This document shows positions 37,314 through 49,999 of a stretch of 64,000 nt of DNA, one piece after another (within the stretch, counting starts at the first letter, position 1; each line of letters opens with the position of its first letter). Both the position numbers and the translations under genes were made by a program. The notes below the pieces were generated by a model. The model worked only from the letters and a program-made list of their open reading frames with translations. It was not told the DNA's origin and did not search any database. Source of the DNA: Octopus sinensis (Eukaryota); assembly GCF_006345805.1 (NCBI RefSeq), contig NW_021832428.1, positions 1 through 64,000 on the forward strand. Reading direction: 5' to 3'.

Positions 37314-37970
37314 TCACTTCCAGTCACACTTGTCGTAGTCCCACATGGAGGAGATTCCAGTAATGGGGTCCTTGTTCTGTCTGAGCATCCTCTTGATCTG
37401 TGCCTCCTTCGACTGAACAGACAAATAGGAGGGGTATTCGGGCATGACTGAGGCATTGGGCAGGAGAAACCAACCGAGAGTCTTGATGGAGGACATGAGG
37501 AGACAGGCAATGCCCACAGCAATGAGGACGTGGGAGACCACCTTCTTCCGAAGACCAGTCTTGGCCCGACACTCACTGAGAGTATGTCGAAAGGAGGCAC
37601 GGTACACTTAGACAGGTCAGCCAACATTCTCACGTGCCTTCTTGTCCTCCACACTCAGGGACTTCCAGTCGGCCTGTTCCTTCACTCGGAGAGCCATCAC
37701 TTGGGGAGTGTTGGCCATGAACCGGACTGGGGGAAATGGAAAGTCCAGTCTGTCCACGTAGCGCATGTTGTTCTCATAGTTCGGGCCCACAATGTCCCGG
37801 TCTCCCACCTGCGGGTATATTTGTTCCTTCAGTTCTGGGCGGTCGAAGATTATGGCCTCGCTCGAAGGGTTTTTTGGGACTATTCCCACAGGCGTGCTTA
37901 TATGTCTGCATAATGACACCTTTCTCTTTAATCATTCTTCACTAACCTTCCGAGTTAGACGCACTAACAT
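37314..37970 (-). CDS. COX4: Cytochrome c oxidase subunit 4
   Basis: It reads YVDRLDFPFP..., LRVKEQADWKSLSVEDKKA-LYRASF, a TM segment, then MLRQNKDPITGISSMWDYDKCDWK*, with micro-introns. Confidence 0.9.
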
Positions 37971-38829
37971 TTATTATAATTATTCTATTTATTTAATCTA
38001 TATGAAAATATAATTTCGTTATTGTCAAATGCTTTGAATTAGTAAATGACATAAAGCAACCTGAGGCACATCAATTAAATGGTTAGTAACATTAAGATAT
38101 TCTGCAGTCACAAATGACGAAACTGTTTTGACCCAACCTTCCACTTACTGAAGTCAAGGCATTCAGAATTTTCCTAAAACATCAGGAGTTTAATATTAGC
38201 CAATAAAATCAATCGGAGAAGAAAGCTACAGTGCCTTTAATGACCTAGAAATCCTACACTCCGATTTAAAATTCGTTGTCTAGGATCAATTAGATCGCTT
38301 ATATTGTTTTTAAAGCATTTTGGTGAATTTCAAATGAAAAAATCAAACTATAATCAAAAATTAAACGTTAGGGAAATAATATTATTTATCAACCTAGATT
38401 ATTAAAAACCAGCATATTTTAAGCCTATATTCAGATTAAAAAAACTGATCAAAGTCAATTTTGTAATAATTTGTTATAAAGTTACTGTAATGAAAAAACT
38501 TGCAAATTGAAAAATTTCCTAACATTGTTCGTTTTCAAAAAATATTCCATTAAATTTTTTTTGACAATTCACTGTCATTTGTGGAGTTTAAAATACTTTT
38601 GTAAGTCACATAGGTGAACCATGTTTTGAACGTTGTTCAGTGAAGAAATTCTAATAATTGTCACAATTTTTAGAAGTTTATTTTTTAACAATAAAAATGT
38701 AATCTTTGAGTTTTCCTTTCTTTTAGAATAAATGTAACCTCAAAATATAAAGCAGTGGTAATTGCAATACGATCCTATGACTAGCGTTTGCTTATTTGAT
38801 CAGTTTCATTAATTATTGAAATTATAATC

Positions 38830-39560
38830 TGCCACATGGGCAGCCTTTTAGATTTTTTAACCCTTTTTAGATATTTGTTTCGCCTAAATGGACCATGCAA
38901 CTTTCTTCAATCAAACAATGAGTCTGAATTTAAAAATCAAAAAATAACACAACTATGCGTTGATTTTAACATCAAACAAATCCACAGAAGGCCCAATAAT
39001 CCTCGGACTCAAGTAATTATCGAAAGATTTAATTAAACGATAATCAGGAAGTTGTTAGAAATATGGACAACAATAAAAAATGTTGGTTGATAAATTAAAA
39101 AATGCTTTGTACAGTTGTAACATATCTGTCTATTCATTTTCTAACGAAAGTCTTTTCGAAAGATAAATTCAATTAGATAATTTAAGTGATGAGTGTGAAT
39201 TCAAAAAAATAAAGAATTTTGTTAATTATCCGACTTCCGAATTTATTAAAAATTCATGTAATTCGGTTTAAAATGTATATCTAGATTATTCCCATTCAGA
39301 CAATTTGTTTCCAACCACGAAGAGATTAAATTTCAAAATCAACTCAATTGATGAAAATTCAAGTTATTACAAAGTTGTGACCAGGAGAATAAATGTTCAT
39401 AATAGTAAGTATACTTTTAGAGTGAGAGAGAAAGTACTAATTAGAAACATTAATAAATAGGTTCGGGTTGAAAAGGATTTTGAAACAAATCCTTCATTGC
39501 GACTGGATAAGGTTGAGTCTCCGTGTTATTCTGCTGCAGAATTATTAATATTTTGTGGAA
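38830..39560 (+). mobile_element. Integrase (rve) remnant, Ginger/gypsy-like
   Basis: LQSNNESEFKNQ...IKQIHRRPNNPRTQVIIERFN, with stops. Confidence 0.65.
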
Positions 39561-39924
39561 TAATCGTATTGAGGTAGTTTTGAATATTTTAATTTAATAG
39601 ATAACTAATTAGAATGAAGAAATATCGACTATACTAATCACTAAACTAAAAAATAGCTAGCTAAATTTTATTCTTGTGGTTTTAATAAAATAAAATTAAT
39701 TGAATTAAAAGGGAAACCCATTCAAGGAAAAGGTGTCCCATGCAGAGGAATTTCGGTCGGATATAAAGAAATGCACGCCGATTGAGTTCCTTTGCAGAAT
39801 GAAGAGAAGGCGTTTCCGGGATACGGTTGGGTCATCAAGTATGGAGAGTCCGGCTGCTTTTGGAGGCAGGGATCACCTAATTGATTAGTTTTGACCTATC
39901 TTTCTCGTTGATCTTGGAGTTAGT

Positions 39925-40130
39925 TAGTTAATGCACGTTCGCGTTGCCAGTAAACAAAGTTTATGGTTTCGCTTGTGCCATGTTTTTAACTATTCTTGTC
40001 GTTAGCCCCTTCCATCCCTTCCGTCGTCTTGCCCTCTTTCCGATTTCGTCCAGATCGTCTGCATCCATCAATCGGCCTCCGATCATAGCATATTCCTTCG
40101 TAAGTATTCCCGGAAGACAGTCTTGGAGTT
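39925..40130 (-). mobile_element. RTE-like retrotransposon 3' fragment
   Basis: LPGILTKEY..RLMDADDLDEIGKRARRRKGWKGLTTRIV* parallels the C-terminus of the 49.1-kb RTE ORF. Confidence 0.55.
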
Positions 40131-40864
40131 AATAAATAAAAGAAATCTTAGTTCAAGGTTAATGTACAGGCTGCCAATAGATATCGCATGGCCCATGTGA
40201 ATTAGAATACTATTATTCAAGTAAAAATTAATTCCACCTATTAAAACACGTAATCAATGTAAGCCTATCTTATCATTTAAATAAAAAAGGTTATTATTTA
40301 TGGAAAAAATATGACAAATAATTAATGAATAGACTGAGGCAGTTTAGAAGATCTGACAGTTTAAATAACGATTTGTCCAGACAATAAAAACAGATACACT
40401 GAATGATTTAGGCCTGAAAAATATTAACAGTCAATATTCCCAATCGATTAATATTGTATGGTATCACTTTCCCATATCAAAAAATAAGGAATAAAAAATT
40501 GTTTTTAAAAATCATTGCCTTTGTTTAGAAAAAAGCATCTCGAGAGTGCTTAATCTAGTCTTTAGAATTAATTTGTAATGAATTATTGAAATGATAAGGA
40601 ATGGTGTGGTTTTGTAATTTTAGACGCATTATATTACAGTAAAATAACAATGCAGTGAGTGCAATTAAGACACATTCAAAATGGTTGAAAAATATTCCCT
40701 AATTTATTGGAGTGCCCTGATTTTAACATTTGGAGTGTTTTTGTGCATTTGGGCAATCGAAAATATTATGTAAAACAATCCATGATTTGTTTACTGCTCA
40801 AATATGATTACGGCGTTATTAAACAGTATATAAACAAATATTCCGGTGATGCTAATCCTTCTTA

Positions 40865-43342
40865 ATGGTTGGCAGTGTAAACACTAACTTGTATAGAATA
40901 TACTACTACTCACTTTACTCGCCACTTTCATTCACTCTGAAACCATACAACTATACAAGACAATAAAAGAAGAGATTCCTGTTGGCACTGTCATATACAA
41001 CTTCTGCCAAGGGACTGGTGTGCAGTGTGGAGACTACACAGATATTATGTATTTAAATATGTATTTCTCAGCTAATCTATCAGGAGAAATAATGGTTAAA
41101 TAAATATAACTTAATTAAATTAGGTGGTGTATCGAATAGATTACGAAAAAATTGTTTTGAGCAGTCAAGAGGGAATAATTAACTTGGAACTAATTCTTAC
41201 AAAAAATGATGAAATAGATATAGTAAAAATATATATAACAGTAAGAATTGGTGAACTAAAGTGACAGGTCTTGGACATAAATGACAACCCCCCAATATTC
41301 CCAAGTAATAAACGGAACATAACACTGGGAGGATTATCAACTGGGTTAATTATCCACTTCCCGAAAGCTGTGGATAAAGACTCGGGGGTGAATGCACAGA
41401 CATGGTATGAAGTGGTGGGGGATAGTCAGTTCTCCCTCACAAATAACAAATCATCCCCCACTCTTGTATGCCACTCCTCCCTCACTCCCCTCTCCCCCAT
41501 TAACCTGCGAGTCATTGCCTTTGACCAACTCGACATACACTACTGGTCATTCATGGACATTGCCATCACATTCAACTCCTCCCACAACACTCCCATTCAG
41601 TTCTACGACGTCATCCTCAAAAAAGTCCCGGGAAACAGAAATAAAGTGCTCACAATCCAACCCACGGACGGGGAGATCGCAGAATATGGAAGACCGACGT
41701 ACCCAACACGCGTCTATGGGAAATTTTCGGTGTCATATGACGGAGAGATTACACAGTTCGGCACATATACAGTGTTGAATGATGTATTTGATGTGGATGT
41801 GAAATACACCAACAGCAACAGAGTGGGAGTGTATACAATCCAAGTGGAGACGATTGAAGAGAAGAAGGTCACATTGAAATGGGCGAATGCTGGGAGTTCG
41901 TCTGTTTTAGATGTGACAAAGAAGACAACTTTAATAGACCGATTGAGTGTGAGTGGGGGAGTAGATGTGGAGTGCAGTACTAATTCGGAGACTGTTGTGT
42001 TGTCGAGGGTTTCAAGTAATGAGTACAATCTGATACTCCTTAATTATTCGAGTGTCCTCCCCACAATTAGTGTCAACGTAAGTTGTGTGGTGGTGGAGGA
42101 CACTGATTGTTCTCGAATGTTGCATCCACGTCAAAAGATATATACAATTACTGTACAGGTTGGGATATACTATTTATCATCATATATTTTTATTTGTATT
42201 CTTACTTAAATTTATAATAGATTATGCCTAAAGATTACAATCCCACACCACAATTATTGAAAATATATGAGAATATGCCCATTCATACCGATGTTTATAT
42301 TGGAATTACTGAAGATTGGAGAATAACAGACAATCCAAATTTTAGTGATCAATCATTTAATAAAAGTTTCATATCTTCAAAGAGGTTATTTGACCAAGAA
42401 ATCGAAAAGGTTGTTGATGCTGAGCTTCGCTTACCAAATAATACTTATATCAATAAAACGATTGAAATTATGGACGTGAATGACAATTCTCCAGTGTTTA
42501 CAAACAAGACATGTTCTGTCATTACATTGAGAAATACTTCTCCCGGACAATATTTAACAAATGTATTTGCTGAGGATGCTGATCTTGGAATGAACGGAAA
42601 AATCAATTATAAAGTCATTTCAGTAACGAATATGAATGAAGACATTGGAAGCTGTGATTCAAAAACAAACTTCGCGAATAAATTTAAAATTGATCCGAAT
42701 TCGGGACAGTTATACGTAAATCAGATCATTGAAAATGCGGGATATCTTCTTCTTAATATACAAGCTACTGACTCGGGGTCACAAAAATTATTTGCCAATA
42801 TTCGCTGTCTTGTTCACGCGGTCGATTTGACGTCTATTTTTGATTATTCATTCAACGGGGGTAGTGCAGTGCAGCATCAGAATATTAAGTTGTCACAAAT
42901 TCAACTTGGACAAACTTTTTTGAAGAATACAGCTACTTTGTGGAGTTATTTCTTCGACGATTTTATATTTACAATTCCCGATGATTCCTTGCGGTATTTC
43001 AACGTTGATCCTTATTCCGGAAATGTCAGTTACGTTGGAGAAATTCAACCGTCTTTGACAAACAACTATACTTTGACGATAACTGCTTTCTCACGAAAGC
43101 ATGTTTACCTGAAATATAATTTCAGTGTAAATTTGTTATCGCAAAGTTCTTCGACTGTTCATCAATCTGTGGACAAAAAATATATTGCTATCATCGTCCT
43201 GCTTGTTGTACTTCTTACTGGTTTGGGCATTTTTGTTGGTTTTCGTTACCGCAAAAATATTCTGTCATTTATGAAGAAAAATGAGGAATATGCAACAAAC
43301 AACGAAATCTACGAATGTCAAGATGTTTACAACAACCTTTAA
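40865..43342 (+). CDS. Protocadherin-like single-pass membrane protein, copy A (5 exons, 776 aa)
   Basis: Introns lie at 40868-96, 41095-123, 41241-67 and 42159-220. It has a signal peptide, cadherin motifs (VLDINDNPPIF, AVDKDSG, IMDVNDNSPVF, AEDADLGMNG, ATDSG), TM IAIIVLLVVLLTGLGIFVGF and a short tail ending VYNNL*. Confidence 0.9.
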
Positions 43343-44035
43343 TTTCATTATATTAATTATGGACCTGTATTATTTTAATCATATTGTTTTAAAATAATTT
43401 ATGTTAGTTACGTGAAAGTAGCAGAGAAAGTAGGAATCATTTGCTAATTTTCTGAAGTCTACCTATATTCAGCAATGTTACTTTTACCGGTTATATTGTT
43501 CTTTTCATGTAACTTTAAACTGGATTGATATCCACCCAAAGCGCTATTTGGAGAATCTTTCATAAATAAGACTGCCATTTCTAATTTCATTAATACTACA
43601 ATCTTTTAAAAATCTTTTAAAAAAAGAACTATTGCGAGGAAACTGTCAATAGACCAGTATTTTTAAATTGTTGGAAGAATAATAATGGAAATATATTTGC
43701 AATAAAAGAAGATGTTTTACATCGTGATATTCAATCATTTAAACAAGAAATATGAGTGGTAACAACATACTAACATGTTTGGAAATATTTTTTACAGGGC
43801 TATTCAGTTCCATAGCCATGTATATTTAGTTCTATACTCCGGTTTATTCAGTTTCATAAAAAATCAATTTAAATCAAAAAAATAGTATTTTGAACTATTA
43901 TTTATTCTATTAAGAGGAAAATTGGCTCTCTTATCCCAATCATATTAGTGTAAAAATTAACTAACATTAACAGCTAATTTCAATTGAAATAATCATAACA
44001 TTGATAAATGATTGTATCTGTGTTTAGCTTAGATT

Positions 44036-44220
44036 CTAGGAATTCGCACAAGATACGAATTTTTTTTGAGCCGGAATAAACTTCAAAACCGAGAACTCCG
44101 TAACTCGTGATCAAGGATAAAACATTGATGTTCTGTTAACAATTACATCGAGAAAATCTGACATCATTGATTTCAATCGGAAAATTGCCACTGAACGTTG
44201 AGTGTGTCGATTGAAGCCAT
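44036..44220 (+). repeat. About 185-bp direct repeat, mate at 45507-45690, flanking LRR copy 4
   Basis: It shares CTAGGAATT...GAGCCGGAATA...CCGAGAACTCCG...TCTGACATCATTGATTTCAATCGGAAAATTGCCACT...GTGTGTCGA, about 80% identical by eye. Confidence 0.85.
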
Positions 44221-44550
44221 AGTTTGTGACAATATCCCAAATCTTTTATGGTTCCTATTCTTTGAGATTTTCTAAATTCTCCTTCTGTCACGTCATTACC
44301 GACTAGTTTATTCATGAGGGATATGAACACTAAATTGTTTGCATGATTGTCGTTTAAATTACATTTTTACAGGAATGCCACACTTATTAAGCAGGGGAAG
44401 ATTGTGTTTTATTTCACATCCATCCAAGCTGTGCTAATCCATGAATAGCATCTAAAAAAGAATTTTTGGCAAGTGGTGTCGCAAAAGAGGAACAAGGAAA
44501 TATTAAAGCAAATAATTAGGTTAGTCAATTAGTAACATCCGAAATGTAGG

Positions 44551-45348
44551 TCAAAAGCAATCCTTCCAGCATAGAAGATTGCTTGATCCGGGATATCGGC
44601 AGAGGTTGCAATCTATTGTGAGTAAAATAACACACCATAGGCTTCCTCACTGATTAGTGTTGCGTCTCGAGCTCGATTTAGATATATTTCTCCACTTTTA
44701 TTAGTTAATTTGATATTTAGATCATCTGTCACTGGCGTAATCCTTATATTTTAATATCTAAGTATACATTATGGGTTGGGACCCATTTGTGAATATGCAC
44801 ATTTTCTGGCCGTCAATAATACTACAAAGTCAGTAAGTTAAAATACTTCATGTAGACGGGACGACTGATTTTTGGCCTCTGGAAAATGGTATCTAGTGGC
44901 ATGTAACTTTAATGTTAGAATAAGATTTGTACAGAGTTGACAATGCGACTAAACGTGCAAAGGCATCTACGTTCACGTAACGAAGGTCACTACAGTCATA
45001 CAGATCTCTAATGATTCAAAATATTTGAATGTACATTTGGTATAGGTGAATCAACCCGTCAAATGAGTTGTTTAGTATTCTCTTTAGCGAGTCTCCATTA
45101 CAGTAACTAGTGTTAATAAAATGTTGATTACAATGTCTTCAAGTTTGTTAAATTCGAGAATATTTCTCCATTTGGAAATTTAACGTTTTTATTAATTTCA
45201 ATTGTTGTTGTACGTCCCGCAGCATTTGCTCCATTAAATTCACAGTTTTGCAAAACTCTGATTCAAATAAGCAATTTTTCAAAAACTGTTGTAAGTCACA
45301 GTCACTTTGGACCACTAAGTCAACAAAAAGTAGGACAAGTGAAAGCAT
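44551..45348 (-). CDS. Secreted variable LRR protein, copy 4 (8 exons, intact)
   Basis: It has the same seven introns. The spliced frame is MLSLVLLFVDLVVQSDCDLQQVLQNC...LKTFYCNGD...LIHLYQIDLYDC...LSTLYMPLD...CWKDCF*. Confidence 0.85.
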
Positions 45349-46399
45349 TCTAATTAAAGCTAATATTTTATTGTGAATAACTCATTGGTTAGACATCAAA
45401 TAAATTAAAAACTTTATTAACTAAACCCAAAACCGAAAATGATAAGAAATTAACTAATTATTGATCCTACTTTTTAAAAATTTTTCTCCTCTTGAGGGAA
45501 CTCCATCTAGGAATTTGGATAAGTTACAAAAATTTTTTTGAGCCGGAATACACTTCAAATCCGAGAACTCCGTTACTCGTGATTATGAATAAAACACTGA
45601 TGTTCTGTTCACAATTACATCGAGTTAATCTGACATCATTGATTTCAATCGGAAAATTGCCACTAAACGTTGAGTGTGTCGAGTGAGCCATATTTATCGT
45701 TTGTGACTACATCACAAACTTTATAGCTTTAAATATTGTTGGTTGCGATACAAAGATATCTAGACGACAAAGCGTTGTCTCATTAGTAGTAATGAGTTAT
45801 TACTTACTAAGAAGATGGCTTGCACTGTATGGTCTTGGTTAATAATAATCAATTTATAGTTATTTAAAAGTTAATAGAGTCATTTATGTACGGAAATTCT
45901 CAGACTGTTCTCGAGAATGGCAATAGAAATTCTTTGCTAAAACGAAACGGAAAGGGCTTTGAATACGATTTGTGCAAAGGGTAGTCTGCGCGACACAAAG
46001 GAACTAAATTGATTTTGGTTTTTTATGTGTTCTCGGCAGTGCTGATAATAATATGTAACGTGGAATCGACCAAAAAGGCACGAGTTTCTCGCCGACAGTC
46101 GGGAGAGTTTCTACTAAATTTCAAAGTCAAAAAAGATGTAGAGAAACTTTCAAAATGAATTAAAAAAGAAAACCTTTTTCAGAAGAAGGCCATTCTTTCA
46201 AACATAAGAAATTCGGCCAGTGGCAATAATTTTAAAGAATGCTCCCACTTGATTTAAAATTGAGGAACTCGAGGACTTTTTGAAAAGCAATGTTAAATAA
46301 AAAATGACTTTCGAAAAAAGTTTGTTTCATAAGGAGCAGTGTCATTTTCAGGATTGTCGTCTATTTTCGCATATTCTAGACGGGAATAGAGTAAAATAA

Positions 46400-46869
46400 C
46401 CTTAGACGATTTTCTTGTCGAAAATAAGGTTGGGGATAAGTTTCTCGAAAATACTGCTTCAATCCCGAATTGTCTAAATTATTTTATTTCAAGACATTTC
46501 TTAGAATATCTAACAGACAATTCATATCCTAGAAATGTGACCATTATTGGTGAAATCCCGTTGACTGGCAAGACCTACCCATTCACATTTTTAAATTTAT
46601 CCAAAAAGTATTATTCCGTGCGATATTCGTTCATTGTTTATTTGGTGGCATCACATTTTTCGATTATTCACATATCACTCATAATTGTCGTGTGCTTACT
46701 ATATTTCCTTGGATTTGTCTTGATTTTCGTTTTCAGTTATCAAAAGTGTATTATCAAGATTTTTAAAAAAAACGCCGACCTGTATTGTGGCAATAACAGA
46801 AATTATGGACTGTGCGCATTTAATCATTTATTCGAATTTTTATTATTTTGTGTAAATTGTTTAATGTAA
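46400..46869 (+). pseudogene. Divergent protocadherin-family fragment (membrane-proximal domain, TM, tail)
   Basis: IFLSKIRLGDKFLENTAS and NVTIIGEIP...YSFIVYL, plus a hydrophobic TM and KKNADLYCGNNRNY, align with the copy A C-terminal region. There are stops upstream. Confidence 0.6.
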
Positions 46870-47348
46870 ACCATTTAAGTTGATAAAATGATATCTCACT
46901 ATTTTAAATCAATTTAAAAGTAGTCTGCCTTGAGTACCCCTCTGAGTACCAGTCCATTTGACTATTGTGAAATTAGTCCGTTTACAATTTGTGTTCCACT
47001 TTCTTTGGTAGCCTTGAATTAATCAAAATAAATTTGATTCGCTAGCAGTAGAATAATCTCAGAATACTTCCCGCACTATGGCAACGTTGAGCGAAAAAAA
47101 AGTGGAGTTAGTTTTGCGATCACTTTTGCGTTTAAGTCAACTTGTTCTGAGTGATCCGATATTGGGGTGTAAGCTTAATTCGGTTATTTTACCAGAGATG
47201 GTTTCATGTCTTCAGACGAGTTTCCGCGAACAGTGGCAGATGTATTTTTTAATTCTCACAAAGTGTCATGCCCCAGAAATTTAAGAAAGTTCAGAATTGA
47301 GAATAAGCGTTTGGGTTAAACCCAAAAAGATAAACCCATTATAAATAG

Positions 47349-47790
47349 TTGTTCAAATCAGAGCCTATCAATTTCTCAGGATGTGGAAAATTTGCGTCCA
47401 AAAGTAAACAAAAGGCCAAACGCTCTCCGCGCTGTTTCTGGACATATATTTGGCAAAGGCAATCTGACAATAATCTACAAACAATTCATCCCCGCAATCC
47501 TAAGCTTCACGAGCCCTTATTAGTCTTTGAAATGCGCAGACTTCAATTCCTCCAAGTCATTCAAGATGCCTCACACCCCATCCATTACTCTACCAACCGA
47601 ACACACCTCGTCACCACACTCACCGACAAACTGAGATCACTCTCAAACATCCCGATAAAAGAGAATGATCCTCCCATCTCCAAACAATTACACGACTATA
47701 TTGTTTAAGAGCTATCAGATCACTGAAAACAACACACTTCTTAACCACCCCTCCTCCTATCACTGGGCGCCTTCTCGTCGATACCAACTT
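47349..47790 (+). mobile_element. Non-LTR retrotransposon 3' remnant
   Basis: MRRLQFLQVIQDASHPIH...LHDYI..RAIR is homologous to the 59530-59934 remnant. Confidence 0.55.
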
Positions 47791-47910
47791 AAGTTAGTGA
47801 AGTCGGGGTTAATCAACTAATAGTTCAAACGATGGAAAGAAGATAAGCGCTCTGAAAGTATAATAGAATATGCAGTAGGACTACTAGTGGGGAATATGTG
47901 AATGTGTTAG

Positions 47911-48782
47911 TCAAATGGGGGGTAATTTAAGTCCCGTGATTTGTGGGTTGCGACGGGCAATGTCTCGCTTCCCGGGGGTCTTGTAGTCGTAGGGACAGTC
48001 GTGTGCTTCCGCATATCGGTGGATACTACAAAACTGTCTCCCACACCTAAATAGACACTCCCACCGACCTGCAGGTGTACTCCCCCAACATCCCCACTTT
48101 CCTCCGACACACAAAACAACGACGATTCCGGCATTTGTTGGCAGGAAACATCTACAAACATTGCCAGACACTCCTCACTTTCGGACTATTCTTCCCGGGG
48201 GATAACCAAGAAGACAACTCACTCAATTCGGTTCTTTTCGACAACAAATAAATTTTGGTCGGACTTTGTTCAGTTTTGAGCATTTGATCGATTAATTTGT
48301 CGAATTTGCTGTTTTCCTTAGTCAAAGTGAACTTTTCAATTTCAAAGACATTTTCGACTGTTCAAAGTGAGCGAACAAGCCAACCAATTGAGTGGCCGAA
48401 TGGACCGGACTGCATTTCGACCACCAAAACGAGGTTGGAGCCGTGGAGGATTCCTAATTCGAGCAGGGAATTTGAATCGTTCAGTTTTTTGCCCTTAAAA
48501 AGCAGAACTTGGGAATCCGTGGGGATATCTCATATTTAATGCCCGATTACTTTCGAATTTATAAATTTTCTCTTTTAGGTCGAAAACTGATTTGAAATAG
48601 GAAATTGTGATTTCGTATTTAATGCCAGTAATTGTCCTCACGCCGACTGTTATGCGGGAGGAGATCGATTTGGAGGGATTACCAAAGTAGGCCTTCTCAT
48701 TTCCTATAATATTAAAAGTAGTTGTCACTATTACCTGTGGGGGCTGTTCCCCTCTCTCCATTTCCCCCATTGCCATTGTCAT
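47911..48782 (-). CDS. ZFAND4: Ubiquitin-like plus AN1-type zinc finger protein (ZFAND4/ANUBL1-like)
   Basis: VGVRTITGIKYEITISYFKSVFDLKEKI is ubiquitin-like. RRCFVCRRKVGMLGEYTCR|CGRQFCSIHRYAEAHDCPYDYK spans a 22-nt intron (48047-68). Confidence 0.75.
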
Positions 48783-48819
48783 CCGAATCGTAGTTCATCC
48801 CACAACGAAGGTTCCCTAA

Positions 48820-49999
48820 ATGACATATTTTATTGGTTTATTACGATTTATTCAATGTATATTATTTTCATCTCTAAATGTAATGAAAATAACTCAATAA
48901 GGCTATGATTGCATATCCCATTCGCAATAAAGCATACGTTAAATGACGTAGAATTACTGGAACAATTCCTGGACCCTGACTCTGTCAATATGATAAGAGT
49001 ACTACTATCGAACACAAAGCTCAAGGTGCGGGTCGGCACGGCGTTTTCCGTGAATTCACGTGCAACGTCGGTACCCCTCAGGGAGACGCCCTCTCGCCGT
49101 TGCTATTCGTGATCTATCTGGAGACGGCACTACGAGACCTTCGAAAATTCTATGCTGGCAATATCGTTGAAATTGTATATGCAGATGACGTCGACTTCGT
49201 GTCAGACGACAAATCGGCCTTACTTCGACTCCTTGAAGTGGCACCTGCTGAGCTGAACAGATGGTTCCTTAAAATGAACGTTGGAAAAACCGACATCGTT
49301 GAAATCATGAGGATGGAGAGCAGCTCAAGTGAAGCCTGGCGCAAAACGAACAAACTCGGTTCTCTACTTGGGGACGGCCATGATATTGTCAGAAGAAAGG
49401 CTCTCGCTTGGGCCACGATGAACAAGATAAAGAAAGAGTGGATCGGCAAACGACGACTCTGTACGTCACTTCGTCTGAGGATGTATGAAGCCTTTGTCAA
49501 ACCAATCCTGACATATAATTCGGCGACCTGGGGAATGTCTAGTACTGAACAACGTGGACTTGATTCTTTTCACCGCAGGCAACTTAGATCCCTACTGGGA
49601 TTGAACTGGCCTATAAGAATCAACCAGGAATCGCTATACAATAGATGCAGAACTGGCCCTCTGAGTGTGGAAATCGTCAATATGCGGTGGAGGTTATTTG
49701 GCCATATTCTACGAATGGACATGCTTGCCCCAGCTAACATAGCAATGGAGGGCTACTTCCTGAAAGAGGGATCGAGCTTCCGTGGACGTCCACGTGTTAC
49801 GCTGCCGGAAACACTTGACGGAGACCTGAAATGTGTGAAGAAAAGGCTAAGGAGTGGTGAGGATCTGGACGAGCTGAGGAAACTCGCTCACGACAGAGGA
49901 GGTTGGAGGAGGCTGGTTCAAAGGATTGTTTTTAATGCTGCACGAGTAAAATTATAACTAATATGATTCTACGTATGTTGCAAATAATAATAATAATAA
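48820..49999 (+). mobile_element. 5'-truncated RTE-clade non-LTR retrotransposon
   Basis: It reads VP(QG)DALSPLLF (frameshift), YADDVDF, KPILTYNSATW and RPRVTL, with a (TAA)n tail at 49984-99. Confidence 0.85.

Noticed and set aside
35364-38793. 23-nt exact direct repeat GATCCTATGACTAGCGTTTGCTT bracketing COX4
   Set aside because: Similarity decays within about 60 bp and there are no LTR or TSD features. It is likely a dispersed repeat end.
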